From: Oscillospiraceae bacterium
GTDB taxonomy: Bacteria; Bacillota; Clostridia; Oscillospirales; JAKOTC01
Reading direction: 5' to 3'
Assembly: GCA_035380125.1 (NCBI GenBank)
Contig: DAOSWV010000009.1
Location: 7,304 to 71,303 of the forward strand
Length of the DNA stretch: 64,000 nucleotides
The translations under genes and the position numbers were made by a program. Shown here in pieces: positions 47,606-59,730 of the stretch. The stretch's first letter is position 1, and every line of letters begins with the position of its first letter. Under the pieces are notes generated by a model. That model had not been told where the DNA came from. It ran no database searches and worked only from the letters and a program-made list of their open reading frames with translations.

Positions 47606-48184
47606 ATGAACTTAACGGGAACAAAGCGACTTGAGACCGAGAGATTGATCTTACGGCAAATTTTGAAGGACGATACCGCTCCTTATTATAAAGAGATTTT
47701 GAGTGACGCGCAACGCCTTTACTATTTGGATCGGGACTGTGTCGCAAATATCCGGGAAGCGGAGGTTTTTGTCGAAAACATCCTTTCACGCTATCGGGAA
47801 GGAGATTATTTCTTTTGGGTGATTGAAGAGAAAAGCACCTCGGAAACGGTCGGATATGTTTGGATCAGTCACACGGAGAACTTCAGGCGATTGGCAGAGA
47901 TTGAATATGTGACCTGTAAAAGCGCCGAGGGACACGGTTATATGACGGAAGCGGTGAAACGGGTATTTGATTATCTGCTTTCGGAGGTCGGTTACTTTCG
48001 CGTCGAGGCCGTTTGCAATGTTGAAAACACTGCTTCCGCCAGGGTGATGGAGAAAGCCGGAATGGTCTTCGAGGGTGTTTTGAGAGGTCGGGCGAAAATT
48101 AAAAACGCAGACGGAAACCCCGGCGATCTGCGTCTTTATTCTGTTTTGCCCACCGATTTGAAACAGAAAAAACAGAATTTTTGA
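47606..48184 (+). CDS. GNAT-family N-acetyltransferase (RimJ/RimL-like)
   Basis: The N-terminus LETERLILRQ is typical of RimJ-like GNATs, and NTASARVMEKAGM is the acetyl-CoA region. RBS AGGAG. Confidence 0.85.
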   Translation: MNLTGTKRLETERLILRQILKDDTAPYYKEILSDAQRLYYLDRDCVANIREAEVFVENILSRYREGDYFFWVIEEKSTSETVGYVWISHTENFRRLAEIEYVTCKSAEGHGYMTEAVKRVFDYLLSEVGYFRVEAVCNVENTASARVMEKAGMVFEGVLRGRAKIKNADGNPGDLRLYSVLPTDLKQKKQNF

Positions 48185-48230
48185 AAACAACACAAAAGAT
48201 CAAAAAAACAATAAACAGATGTGGAAAAAA

Positions 48231-48261
48231 CCCCGTGAAAACTTGATTTTCACGGGGTTTT
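48231..48261. terminator. Intrinsic terminator after the GNAT gene
   Basis: Perfect 11-bp stem CCCCGTGAAAA / TTTTCACGGGG, loop CTTGA, flanked by AAAAAA and TTTT. Confidence 0.7.
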
Positions 48262-48271
48262 GTGGTATAAT
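48243..48271 (+). promoter_or_regulatory. Putative dnaA promoter
   Basis: TTGATT (48243-48248), a 17-nt spacer, then TGgTATAAT (TATAAT at 48266-48271). The -35 lies in the loop and 3' arm of the terminator hairpin. Confidence 0.6.
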
Positions 48272-48296
48272 TTTCGTTAGGAAAGGTTGTGATTTT

Positions 48297-49592
48297 GTGG
48301 AGAGTTTGCAGCAGGTTTGGGACGCCGTCTGTAACATGATCAAACAGAAAATTTCCACCGTCGCTTTCAACTCCTGGATCGGAATTATCAAACCGATCTT
48401 TCTCGAGGAAGACCGTCTTCATCTGTCGGTACCCTCCACTTTCCAAAAGAATATCATCGAGACCAACTACACCAAACTGATTGAATCCACCTGCGAAGAA
48501 GTGATGGGTTTTAAACTCCATGTCGTGTTGCGCTCCGAACAGGGCGAGCCCGAAGCCGCCAGCGTTAAGAGCGCCCTCGATACACAATATACGTTTGAAA
48601 ATTTTGTTGTCGCTGCCTCGAATAAGTTCGCCTTTGCCGCTGCACAGGCCGTGGCCAAAGCGCCGGGCAGAACCTATAATCCGCTGTTAATTTACGGCGA
48701 ATCGGGTTTGGGTAAAACCCATTTGCTGACTGCGATTAAAAATACGATTGCAGAGAATTTTCCGTCCTATAACATCGTAGCGGTTCAGGGCGAGGACTTC
48801 ATTAACGACTTTATCGAGTCCATCACCCACAATTCCCAGCCCGACTTCCGCAAAAAATACCGCTCCTGCGATGTGCTGCTGGTCGACGACATTCAATTTA
48901 TCGCCAACAAGACCGCCGTGCAGGACGAGTTTTATTCCACCTTCGACAATCTGCACCGCGCCGGAAAACAGATCGTACTCTCCTCCGACCGGCCGCCGAA
49001 AGACATTTTATCACTCGACTCCCGTTTGCGCTCACGACTCGAACTCGGCCTTGCCGACATCGGTGCGCCGGATTACGAGACCCGTGTGGCCATCATCCGT
49101 AAAAAAGCCGAACTGGCCAGTTTGGAACTTTCGGATGACGTGGTCGACTATATTGCCGACAAAATTAAAGTCAATATCCGTCAGATTCAGGCGGTGATCA
49201 CAAAACTCTCGGCAAAATACATTATGAACGGGCAGGTTCCGACCCTCTCATTGACCATCGAGACCTGCCACGACATCATCAGCGACATCAGCCGCCCTGC
49301 GATTACGGTTGATATTATCAAGGAAGAAGTCAGCCGCGTCTACCAAATTCCGCCCGAAGACATCTCCTCCGAAAAACAGAGCGCCCAGATTTCGCTGGTG
49401 CGCCAAATCGCCATGTACGTTACCCGCGAACTCACCGGTCTTTCGCTCAAAGAAATCGGCGCAGAATTCGGCGACCGACATTATTCAACGGTCAATTATG
49501 CCATTGCCCGTACCGCCAAAGAAATCCGCAAGAACCAGAAACTCTCAGAGACCATTGAAGATATTATTAAAAATATCAAAAGCAAACAGTGA
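48297..49592 (+). CDS. dnaA: Chromosomal replication initiator DnaA
   Basis: Walker A motif GESGLGKTHL, the AAA+ motifs, and a C-terminal DNA-binding domain (DHSTV...). I prefer the GTG start at 48297 behind AGGAAAGG, because the upstream in-frame ATG at 48219 would run through the terminator and promoter. Confidence 0.93.
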   Translation: MESLQQVWDAVCNMIKQKISTVAFNSWIGIIKPIFLEEDRLHLSVPSTFQKNIIETNYTKLIESTCEEVMGFKLHVVLRSEQGEPEAASVKSALDTQYTFENFVVAASNKFAFAAAQAVAKAPGRTYNPLLIYGESGLGKTHLLTAIKNTIAENFPSYNIVAVQGEDFINDFIESITHNSQPDFRKKYRSCDVLLVDDIQFIANKTAVQDEFYSTFDNLHRAGKQIVLSSDRPPKDILSLDSRLRSRLELGLADIGAPDYETRVAIIRKKAELASLELSDDVVDYIADKIKVNIRQIQAVITKLSAKYIMNGQVPTLSLTIETCHDIISDISRPAITVDIIKEEVSRVYQIPPEDISSEKQSAQISLVRQIAMYVTRELTGLSLKEIGAEFGDRHYSTVNYAIARTAKEIRKNQKLSETIEDIIKNIKSKQ

Positions 49593-49868
49593 GGAAAATC
49601 GAAGTTTCAAAAGTGCGGTTTCATAAAATTAAAAAGATTGTGGAAAGTTTTTTTCTGTATTAAAAAATGCGAAAAAAATTCCAAAGTCGGATGAGGACGG
49701 AAAAAGGGCTGAACGATCAAGCAAAAACGGAATTTCATAAAGATAATAACCCCTACTGCTACTACTAAAAATATAAACATACATTTAAGTAAATTAATTC
49801 AGTTTTTTTAAGATGGCACGTTTGAAAGATAAATTTTTTAAATTAACTGCGGAAGGGCGGTCATAAAA
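49593..49868. promoter_or_regulatory. dnaA-dnaN spacer: candidate oriC segment / DNA unwinding element
   Basis: A 276-bp AT-rich spacer, especially at 49741-49850. It holds one DnaA-box-like 9-mer, TGTGGAAAG, at 49639-49647. Confidence 0.45.
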
Positions 49869-50984
49869 ATGAAAATTATCTGCAGCAAGGAAGTATTGTT
49901 GGAAGCCTTGTCTAAGGTCTCAAGAGCCGTTCCGGCACAGTCGCCGATCAAAGAGACGACCGGTGTGCTGGTCTGCGGTAAAAAAGGCACCGTCACGCTG
50001 ACAGGATATGACCTTTCAATCGGAATTGTCTGTGACGTCGAGGGAGATATTGTCGAAGAAGGCAGTGTAATTATTCCGCCGCCGTTTTTGGAGATTGTCC
50101 GCCGTTCGAGCGGAGAAGAGATTACAATCTCAGTCGGCGAAGACAATATGATTTTAATAGAGAGCGGATTTACTAAGTTTGATCTGTTCGGACTCCCTTC
50201 CGATGGGTATCCCGAACTTCCGATTTTCTCTGATGAATTTGCGTTTGAGCTGCCGCAGTCGGTGTTGCGCCGTCTGATTCGTCAAACCGTGTATGCGGTT
50301 TCCCAGACCGAGGCCAGACCCGTTCAGCAGGGTGTTTTATTTGAGATTGAAAACGGGATTTTGACGCTGGTAGCGCTGGACGGTTTCCGTATGGCGGTCA
50401 GTAAGGAGAACATCGGATATGATAAAAACGGAAAATTCATCATTCCGGGTAAGACGTTAAACGAAATTTTACGGCTGCTCGGTGATAATGATGTGGTTTC
50501 TCTTTCAATTGGTAAAACACATGCCTCGTTTATTATCAACGGCTGCAAGATCTATACCCGCCTGATCACGCAGGGTGAATTTATCAATTATAAATCGATC
50601 ATTCCGACCACTTACAACACCGCGGTCAAAATCAATACCCGCGCGCTGATTGACAGCGTTGAAAAAGTCTCACTGCTCGTCGAGACACAAGCGACAAAAA
50701 GGGCGAAGAATTCCATCGTCGTTCGGTTCGCCGATAACATCACAGCACTTGGGTGCGTGACGATGGCCGGTAAGGCGCAGGATCGGATTCCCTGTGAGAT
50801 CACCGGCAATGACATTGAGGTCGGAATCAATAACAGTTATATTCTCGACGCGCTGAGGGCTGCCGAATGTGATGAGGTGGTTTTGCGGATGACAACGACT
50901 TTTGCGGCCATCAAAGTGGTTCCGCCCGCGGACGACAGTTTTACTTTCCTTGTGATGCCCGTGAGAACTAAAAATGAGGACTGA
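49869..50984 (+). CDS. dnaN: DNA polymerase III beta sliding clamp
   Basis: 371 aa with a three-domain DnaN layout, directly after dnaA. Confidence 0.95.
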   Translation: MKIICSKEVLLEALSKVSRAVPAQSPIKETTGVLVCGKKGTVTLTGYDLSIGIVCDVEGDIVEEGSVIIPPPFLEIVRRSSGEEITISVGEDNMILIESGFTKFDLFGLPSDGYPELPIFSDEFAFELPQSVLRRLIRQTVYAVSQTEARPVQQGVLFEIENGILTLVALDGFRMAVSKENIGYDKNGKFIIPGKTLNEILRLLGDNDVVSLSIGKTHASFIINGCKIYTRLITQGEFINYKSIIPTTYNTAVKINTRALIDSVEKVSLLVETQATKRAKNSIVVRFADNITALGCVTMAGKAQDRIPCEITGNDIEVGINNSYILDALRAAECDEVVLRMTTTFAAIKVVPPADDSFTFLVMPVRTKNED

Positions 50985-51198
50985 ACAGGTAAAAATCCGA
51001 GGTGATTTCATCCGGCTTTGCGATTTGCTGAAATTTGACGGCGTCTGTCCCACCGGCGGAGAAGCCAAAAACGCGGTCGAGAGCGGGAAAGTTACGGTGA
51101 ATGGGGAAGTTTGCCTGATCAAGGGCAAAAAGATCCGTCCCGGCGATACCGTCGTTTTCGGCGGCGATTCTATCGAGGTGGTCGGCGGTGCGGATTGA
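50974..51198 (+). CDS. yaaA: S4-domain RNA-binding protein YaaA-like
   Basis: 74 aa. IRLCDLLKF.G...TGGEAK..V..G.V.VNGE matches the S4 pattern. It holds the canonical position between dnaN and recF. Confidence 0.8.
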   Translation: MRTEQVKIRGDFIRLCDLLKFDGVCPTGGEAKNAVESGKVTVNGEVCLIKGKKIRPGDTVVFGGDSIEVVGGAD

Positions 51199-52363
51199 GC
51201 GGATCGCATTCACAGACTTTCGAAACCTTGAAAACACCGAAGTTTTTCCCCATCCGGGGACGAATCTGATTGTCGGCGCAAACGGCCAGGGCAAGACCAA
51301 CATTTTAGAGGGTATCTGGCTACTGTGCGGACAGCGCAGTTTTCGACAGGCCAAAGAGATCGAGACCGTGGCCTTCGGCAAAAAACACGCGGTGCTCGAA
51401 GCCGATATTTTTTCCGGTGAACGGACTAATTTATTTTCGTTGACGCTGACTTCACGGCGCAGTGCTTTTCTGAACGGGATTCACGTCGATAAAATCTCGA
51501 ATTTGGGTGAAAAATTCGCGGCGGTAGTCTTTTCGCCGGTTCATATAGAACTGATCCGGGAGGCGCCCGAGGCAAGGCGGGCGTTTTTGGATAGTGCCGT
51601 TATCTCAACCAAACCGGCGTTTGCCGCCGTGTTGAGGGAATATGACGGAGTGTTGTATCAGCGCAATTTTTTGCTCAAGCGGCTGCAGGCCGGATACAGT
51701 TCCGAATTGGCCGACACGCTTGAGGCCTATACCAAACGCCTTGCACAGATCGGCGCAAGGGTCTATACCGCACGGAGCCGCTACACCGCCCGGCTCTCGG
51801 AAGAAGCGCCTCAGATTTACCGCAGCATCTCGGGCGGGGAGGAACTCGACATCGTCTATAAAAGTTCGGTCGAAAGCGGCGAGAATTATGGCGCGGCGCT
51901 GTATGAAACGCTCTGTCGGAGCGTTGACGACGACATTCGAAACGGATTTACCGGCGCAGGTCCGCATCGGGAGGATATGGAGCTTACGATTAACGGACAA
52001 AAAGCCCGGCAGTTTGCTTCGCAGGGGCAGTCAAAGAGCGCGGCGTTATGCCTGAAACTGGCCGAGGGACGGATTTTAGAACGGGCCATCGGACAGAAAC
52101 CGGTGTTTTTGCTCGACGACGTGATGTCGGAGCTGGACAAAAACCGTCAAAACTATATTTTGTCAAACCTCGGTGAGAATCAGCTCTTTATCACCGGATG
52201 CGACTGCGCTTCACTTTCGAGGCGGCTGCCGAAAGGAGCGGTTTTTACGGTGAAGGAAGGATCTGTTCGCAAGAGAGCGGCCAAAGGAGTTAAGAAATGT
52301 TCATGCACATCGGAAACGACGTCAACGTCAAAACCAGCCGGATCATCGGGGTCTTCGACATAG
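51188..52363 (+). CDS. recF: DNA replication and repair protein RecF
   Basis: Walker A motif GANGQGKTNILE, a signature-like SQGQSKS, and Walker B motif FLLDDVMSELD. GTG start. The 3' end overlaps the next gene by 67 nt. Confidence 0.9.
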   Translation: MRIERIAFTDFRNLENTEVFPHPGTNLIVGANGQGKTNILEGIWLLCGQRSFRQAKEIETVAFGKKHAVLEADIFSGERTNLFSLTLTSRRSAFLNGIHVDKISNLGEKFAAVVFSPVHIELIREAPEARRAFLDSAVISTKPAFAAVLREYDGVLYQRNFLLKRLQAGYSSELADTLEAYTKRLAQIGARVYTARSRYTARLSEEAPQIYRSISGGEELDIVYKSSVESGENYGAALYETLCRSVDDDIRNGFTGAGPHREDMELTINGQKARQFASQGQSKSAALCLKLAEGRILERAIGQKPVFLLDDVMSELDKNRQNYILSNLGENQLFITGCDCASLSRRLPKGAVFTVKEGSVRKRAAKGVKKCSCTSETTSTSKPAGSSGSST

Positions 52364-52563
52364 ACACGGCGTCGTATGGAAAAGGAACGAAATTATTCCT
52401 TGAAAAAATGCAAAAAAGCGGGCGGGTGCTGACCATCAGCCCCGACTTGCCGCGGTCGGTGATTCTGGCCGACGACGAGAGCGGAACCGACGTACAGTTG
52501 TTCGTCTCACCCATCTCATCGGCTACGATCTATAAACGCGGCGAGACCGTTTTCGGATATTGA
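52297..52563 (+). CDS. DUF370 (RemB/YaaB-like) protein
   Basis: 88 aa with N-terminal MHIGNDV.V....IIG(V/I)FD. It holds the canonical recF-gyrB position in Firmicutes. RBS AAGGAG. Confidence 0.75.
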   Translation: MFMHIGNDVNVKTSRIIGVFDIDTASYGKGTKLFLEKMQKSGRVLTISPDLPRSVILADDESGTDVQLFVSPISSATIYKRGETVFGY

Positions 52564-52583
52564 ATTTGTTTGGGAGAAGTTAA

Positions 52584-54536
<1,953 letters not shown>

Positions 54537-54550
54537 GGAAAGGAGCGTAA

Positions 54551-57148
54551 ATGGCAATGGATGAAAATAACGAAAACAAGCCCCTGAACGAGCAGGATGA
54601 GATTATTACCGCCAACGGTGAAATTATGCCTGCGGCGAAAACAATACCGGTCGAACTCCAATCCGAGATGAAACAGTCCTTTTTGGACTATTCGATGTCG
54701 GTCATTGTGGCGCGTGCGCTCCCGGATGTGCGCGACGGTCTGAAACCGGTGCACAGACGCGTGCTTTATGCGATGTACGATACCCATCTGACCTCTGACC
54801 ATCCCTATTCCAAGTCGGTCGCGACGGTCGGCGAAGTCATGAAATATTACCATCCGCACGGCGACGCCGCGATTTACGACACGCTGGTGCGAATGGCGCA
54901 GGACTTTTCGCTGCGCTACCCTCTGATCGACGGACACGGCAACTTCGGCTCGGTCGACGGAGACCCGCCTGCGGCGATGCGTTACACGGAAGCCAGAATG
55001 GCCAAGCTGTCGAACCAGATGCTTGAAAACATCGAGAAAGAGACCGTTGATTTCGTGCCGAACTTCGACGGCTCCAAGGACGAACCCTCCTGCCTGCCCT
55101 CCAGGTTCCCGAATCTGCTGGTCAACGGCTCAGTCGGCATCGCGGTCGGTATGGCAACTAATATTCCGCCGCACAACCTCATAGAGGTCATTGACGCCAT
55201 CGATTATCTGATCGACAATCCCGAGGCCGAGATGGGCGATCTGATGCAGTATATCAAGGGTCCGGATTTCCCGACCGGCGGTATTATCATGGGTCGTTCG
55301 GGCATTCGAGAGGCCTATGCGACCGGACGCGGTAAAATCACCCTGCGCGGCAAGGCCGAGATCGTCGAAAAGGGCAACAAGAGCCAGATCATCATCAGCG
55401 AAATTCCCTATATGGTCAACAAGAGCCGCCTGGTCGAGAGCATCGCCGAACTGCACAAATCAAAGCGCATCGAAGGGCTTTCGGGTCTTGTCGACGCCTC
55501 GGACAAAAAGGGCATGAAGATTATCATCGACGTCAAACGTGACGCCTCGCCCGAGATCGTGCTGAACAGATTGTATTCCTACAGCCAGCTGCAAGACACG
55601 GTCGGCGTGATTATGCTGGCGCTTGTCAACGGCGTTCCGCGGATTCTGACGTTGAAAGAGATGCTGCAAAATTACCTCGATTTCCAGATTGAGATCATCA
55701 CTCGCCGCACGCGGTATGACCTGCGCAAAGCCGAAGAGCGTATTCATATCCTCGAAGCACTGCTGACCGCACTCGGCAACATCGATGAGGTCATCGCCAT
55801 TTTAAAGAGCTCTCCGAACGTCGCAGAGGGTAAACAGCGGCTGATGGAGCGGTTTAACTTTGATGATGCTCAGGCAGATGCCATTGTGGCAATGCGCCTG
55901 GGACAGCTGACCGGACTTGAACGGAGCAAGATTGAAGCGGAGACGGCGGAATTGGAAGCTAAAATCGCCGATTATAAAGATATTCTGGCCAACCGCGACC
56001 GCGTGACGGCCATTGTCAAGGAAGAACTGGGCGCCATTAAAGCCAAATACGGCGATGAGCGCCGAACCGCTATTGAGAACGTCTCCGGTGAGGTCGACGT
56101 AGAGGCGTTGATTCCGGTCGAGGACTGTATCGTCACCCGTACGATGTTCGGTTATGTCAAGCGGCTGCCGGTCGACACCTACCGCAGCCAGAACCGCGGC
56201 GGACGCGGCGTATCGGGCATGACGCGGCGTGAGGAGGACTATGCAAACGAGTTGTTTGTGGCCTCGAGCCACGATAGGCTGGCGTTTGTCACCGACAGCG
56301 GCCGCATTTTCAAGCTGAAATGCTATGAGATTCCCGAGACCTCGCGCAATTCCAAGGGGATGAATGCGATTAACCTCTTGCAGCTGCAGGATGAGGAAAA
56401 AGTGGCCGCCATGATGATGATGCCCGAACTGGAAGAGGGGCTTCACTTTGTCTTTGTCACACGTAAGGGCATTATCAAACGTACCGCGCTGACTGAATTC
56501 GCCAATGTCCGGCGAAGCGGCATTATTGCGCTCTCCATTGATGAGGGCGACGAGTTGGCCTGGGCCTCGGTGAGCAGTGGAAACGATGAATTCATCCTCG
56601 CGACCCGCAAAGGCATGGCGATCCGCTTCAAAGAGACTGATGTGCGTGCGATGGGCAGAAATGCCCGCGGTGTCAAAGCGATGACGCTGGATGAGGACGA
56701 TGAGATTATCGGACTTGAAAAAATCCGTGAAGGCGCAACGTTGCTGACCGTCTCTGAAAAGGGCTTTGGGCGCAGAACCGATCCGGATGAATACCGCCTG
56801 ATTCACCGCGGCGGCAAGGGCGTGACCAACTATAAGCAAATTGAAAAAAGAGGACTCGTGGCCGGCATTAAAATGGTGACCGACGAGGACGACGTAATTA
56901 TGATAACCGACAGCGGCATTATTCTGCGCACTTCGGCCAATCAGATCAGCGAACAAAGCCGTTACGGCGGCGGCGTCACGGTGATGCGGGTCGACGACGG
57001 CTGTAAGGTCGTTACGATTACTTCCGCGCCCAAGGAAGAAGCCGAAGAACCGGAAACGACGGATGAGGAAAATACATCCCAAGAAAACACGGTCGACAAC
57101 AAGGAGAGAAGTGAGGCGAATGAAGAAAACGAGGAAACCCGGGAATAA
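54551..57148 (+). CDS. gyrA: DNA gyrase subunit A
   Basis: The active-site region AAMRYTE, the QRDR-like YHPHGD, C-terminal beta-pinwheel repeats and an acidic tail. Confidence 0.97.
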   Translation: MAMDENNENKPLNEQDEIITANGEIMPAAKTIPVELQSEMKQSFLDYSMSVIVARALPDVRDGLKPVHRRVLYAMYDTHLTSDHPYSKSVATVGEVMKYYHPHGDAAIYDTLVRMAQDFSLRYPLIDGHGNFGSVDGDPPAAMRYTEARMAKLSNQMLENIEKETVDFVPNFDGSKDEPSCLPSRFPNLLVNGSVGIAVGMATNIPPHNLIEVIDAIDYLIDNPEAEMGDLMQYIKGPDFPTGGIIMGRSGIREAYATGRGKITLRGKAEIVEKGNKSQIIISEIPYMVNKSRLVESIAELHKSKRIEGLSGLVDASDKKGMKIIIDVKRDASPEIVLNRLYSYSQLQDTVGVIMLALVNGVPRILTLKEMLQNYLDFQIEIITRRTRYDLRKAEERIHILEALLTALGNIDEVIAILKSSPNVAEGKQRLMERFNFDDAQADAIVAMRLGQLTGLERSKIEAETAELEAKIADYKDILANRDRVTAIVKEELGAIKAKYGDERRTAIENVSGEVDVEALIPVEDCIVTRTMFGYVKRLPVDTYRSQNRGGRGVSGMTRREEDYANELFVASSHDRLAFVTDSGRIFKLKCYEIPETSRNSKGMNAINLLQLQDEEKVAAMMMMPELEEGLHFVFVTRKGIIKRTALTEFANVRRSGIIALSIDEGDELAWASVSSGNDEFILATRKGMAIRFKETDVRAMGRNARGVKAMTLDEDDEIIGLEKIREGATLLTVSEKGFGRRTDPDEYRLIHRGGKGVTNYKQIEKRGLVAGIKMVTDEDDVIMITDSGIILRTSANQISEQSRYGGGVTVMRVDDGCKVVTITSAPKEEAEEPETTDEENTSQENTVDNKERSEANEENEETRE

Positions 57149-58322
57149 GGGGTTATTTGCAGTCCTTCTTGCGGTTCTGATACTCGGCGGCTGCGGCGTG
57201 TCGGTTCCTCAGGAGATCACAGACCTTTCCCTGCCCTATGTCGACGAGAACATCGTCACGACATTTGACGTTGTCTTGCCTCAGCGCAAGTATGAAGCGC
57301 TTTCAAGTGAGAGCCAATGTCTGATGTATAAGGCTATGGTGCTTGCGATCAGAGATCATGCCGCAGAGACGCTTGCGATTCCCGGTGATCTGACCGACGA
57401 GGAGATTACCGCGGTCTATGACGCAGTAACCGATGATTATCCGCAGTTTTTCGAGCCCTCGCTGACCTACAGCATTCAACGCGAACAAGCCAAGAACGGC
57501 GACGTCATAAGCGTTTCGTGCAAGCTCAACTATATCGAAAATGATCCCGAAAAAGCGACCGTCCGGCGACAGGCACTGTATGACAAGGTCAATGCCGTTC
57601 TGGCCGAGGCCGCTTCAATCGCTGATCCGCTTCAGAGAGAGAAGTTTTTCTATGAGACCGTGATCTTTTCGGCGCAATATGACAGCAGTCAGGCCGAACT
57701 TTTTAACATCGACCTTAACACGCACACGTCTTATGGGTGCCTGATCAACGGAAAGGCCGTCTGTGACGGATATGCCAAAGCATTTGCCCTGCTGTGCAAC
57801 TACGGCGGGATCGAGGCCTGGACGGAGAGCGGATATCTGGAAGGGACTTCCCATGCATGGAACGGCGTTAAAATAGATGGGCAGATATTTTACTGCGACG
57901 CGACCGTAGACGATGCCGAGAACCGGTATTACGGCGATGATCATATCGTGTTGATCAGACCGGAAAATCCCGAAACCCTTACCGCGCTTCCCGAAGCGAA
58001 CACGATGATGTATTTTAACCTGACCCGTACCGAAATGAGCGCCAACCATGTTTTTAAATCGCCGATTTATGAGGAGGACGCATCAGACAGCACGGCTGTC
58101 ACACAGGGCGTTATCACGCGGTTTTCGAACCGCAGTGAACTGGCCGACTGGATGTCGGGAACGCTTTCAACGGCGCAGAACGGCGCGGGATTTGCGGTTG
58201 CGGTGGATTTTTCGATTTCAAAAGATAATTTCGGCGAATTGATTTCGAGTGCCGGAGTGACGAATACCTGTTTGTTCACGCAAAATGACGCGGGTACAAG
58301 ATTCTATATCTACGTGATATAA
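57120..58322 (+). CDS. Lipoprotein with a transglutaminase-like cysteine protease core
   Basis: Signal and lipobox LFAVLLAVLILGGCG. Cys-His-Asp core GKAVCDGYAKAF...SHAWN...YCDAT. ATG 57120 overlaps the gyrA 3' end by 29 nt. Confidence 0.75.
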   Translation: MKKTRKPGNKGLFAVLLAVLILGGCGVSVPQEITDLSLPYVDENIVTTFDVVLPQRKYEALSSESQCLMYKAMVLAIRDHAAETLAIPGDLTDEEITAVYDAVTDDYPQFFEPSLTYSIQREQAKNGDVISVSCKLNYIENDPEKATVRRQALYDKVNAVLAEAASIADPLQREKFFYETVIFSAQYDSSQAELFNIDLNTHTSYGCLINGKAVCDGYAKAFALLCNYGGIEAWTESGYLEGTSHAWNGVKIDGQIFYCDATVDDAENRYYGDDHIVLIRPENPETLTALPEANTMMYFNLTRTEMSANHVFKSPIYEEDASDSTAVTQGVITRFSNRSELADWMSGTLSTAQNGAGFAVAVDFSISKDNFGELISSAGVTNTCLFTQNDAGTRFYIYVI

Positions 58323-58343
58323 CTGAAAGGAAAGATTAGAAAT

Positions 58344-59717
58344 ATGAACAACACGGAAAAAACCATGGACAAAATCGTCGCCCTATGCAAAGGACGCGGA
58401 TTTGTCTACGCGGGCTCGGAGATTTACGGCGGACTGTCGAATACCTGGGACTACGGCCCCTTGGGCGTCGAGTTGAAAAACAACATCAAAAACGCCTGGT
58501 GGAAGAAATTCGTCAGCCGCAGCGAATATAACGTCGGTCTGGACAGCGCCATTTTGATGAATCCGCAGGTTTGGGTCGCCACCGGACATGTCGGCGGATT
58601 CTCCGATCCGCTGATCGACTGCAAGGCCTGCAAGACCCGCCACCGCGCCGATAAGCTGATCGAGGACACCGGCGTCAATCCCGCGGGATGGGACGACGCG
58701 CAGATCATGGCGTATATCCGTGAGCAAAAAATCCCCTGCCCCGAATGCGGCGCGTGTGATTTTACCGATATCCGTAAGTTCAACTTGATGTTCAAGACCT
58801 TTCAGGGCGTCACCGAGGACAGCAAGAGCGAGATTTACCTGCGCCCCGAGACCGCGCAGGGCATTTTCGTCAACTTTGCCAACATCGCCCGCACCTGCCG
58901 CAAAAAGCTGCCGTTCGGCGTTGGGCAGATCGGAAAATCGTTCCGAAACGAGATCACGCCGGGTAACTTCATCTTCCGCGTGCGTGAGTTTGAGCAGATG
59001 GAACTCGAATTCTTTTGCAAGCCGGGTACCGATTTGGAGTGGTTCGATTATTGGCGGGCGTTCTGCCGCGACTGGCTGCTGGCCATCGGTCTGAAGGCCG
59101 ACAGTTTAAAGCTGCGCGACCACGACCCGAAGGAACTTTGCTTCTATTCCAAGGCGACCACCGACATCGAGTTTTTATACCCGTTTGGCTGGGGCGAGCT
59201 GTGGGGCATCGCCGACCGTACCGACTACGACCTTTCGCGCCATTCCGAACACAGTGGGAAGACGCTGGAATATTTCGATACCGAGACCAACGAAAAGCTC
59301 GTACCCTATGTTATCGAGCCGTCGCTGGGCGTCGAGCGCACCTTCCTTGCGGTGGTGTGCGATGCCTATGACGAAGAAGTGGACGAAAAGGGCGAAACCC
59401 GCGTGGTTATGCGGCTTGCACCCGCACTTGCGCCGTTTAAAGCCGCGATTCTGCCGCTTTCCAAGAAACTGGCCGAACCTGCCGGAAAGATCTTTGCTGA
59501 ATTGCGCGAAGAATTCAACTGTGACTACGACGACGCCGGTTCCATCGGCAAGCGCTACCGCCGTCAGGACGAGATCGGCACCCCGGTCTGCGTGACCTAC
59601 GACTTCGAGAGCGAGACCGACGGCTGCGTGACCGTGCGCGACCGCGACACGATGGTGCAGAAGCGCATCCCGATTGCGGAGTTGGCGGGGTATGTAAGGG
59701 AGCAGGTTAAGTTTTGA
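58344..59717 (+). CDS. glyQS: Glycyl-tRNA synthetase (dimeric class II GlyQS type)
   Basis: 457 aa with class II motifs ([24 protein letters not shown]) and an anticodon-binding C-terminal domain. Confidence 0.95.
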   Translation: MNNTEKTMDKIVALCKGRGFVYAGSEIYGGLSNTWDYGPLGVELKNNIKNAWWKKFVSRSEYNVGLDSAILMNPQVWVATGHVGGFSDPLIDCKACKTRHRADKLIEDTGVNPAGWDDAQIMAYIREQKIPCPECGACDFTDIRKFNLMFKTFQGVTEDSKSEIYLRPETAQGIFVNFANIARTCRKKLPFGVGQIGKSFRNEITPGNFIFRVREFEQMELEFFCKPGTDLEWFDYWRAFCRDWLLAIGLKADSLKLRDHDPKELCFYSKATTDIEFLYPFGWGELWGIADRTDYDLSRHSEHSGKTLEYFDTETNEKLVPYVIEPSLGVERTFLAVVCDAYDEEVDEKGETRVVMRLAPALAPFKAAILPLSKKLAEPAGKIFAELREEFNCDYDDAGSIGKRYRRQDEIGTPVCVTYDFESETDGCVTVRDRDTMVQKRIPIAELAGYVREQVKF

Positions 59718-59730
59718 ATTAAAAATGAAT

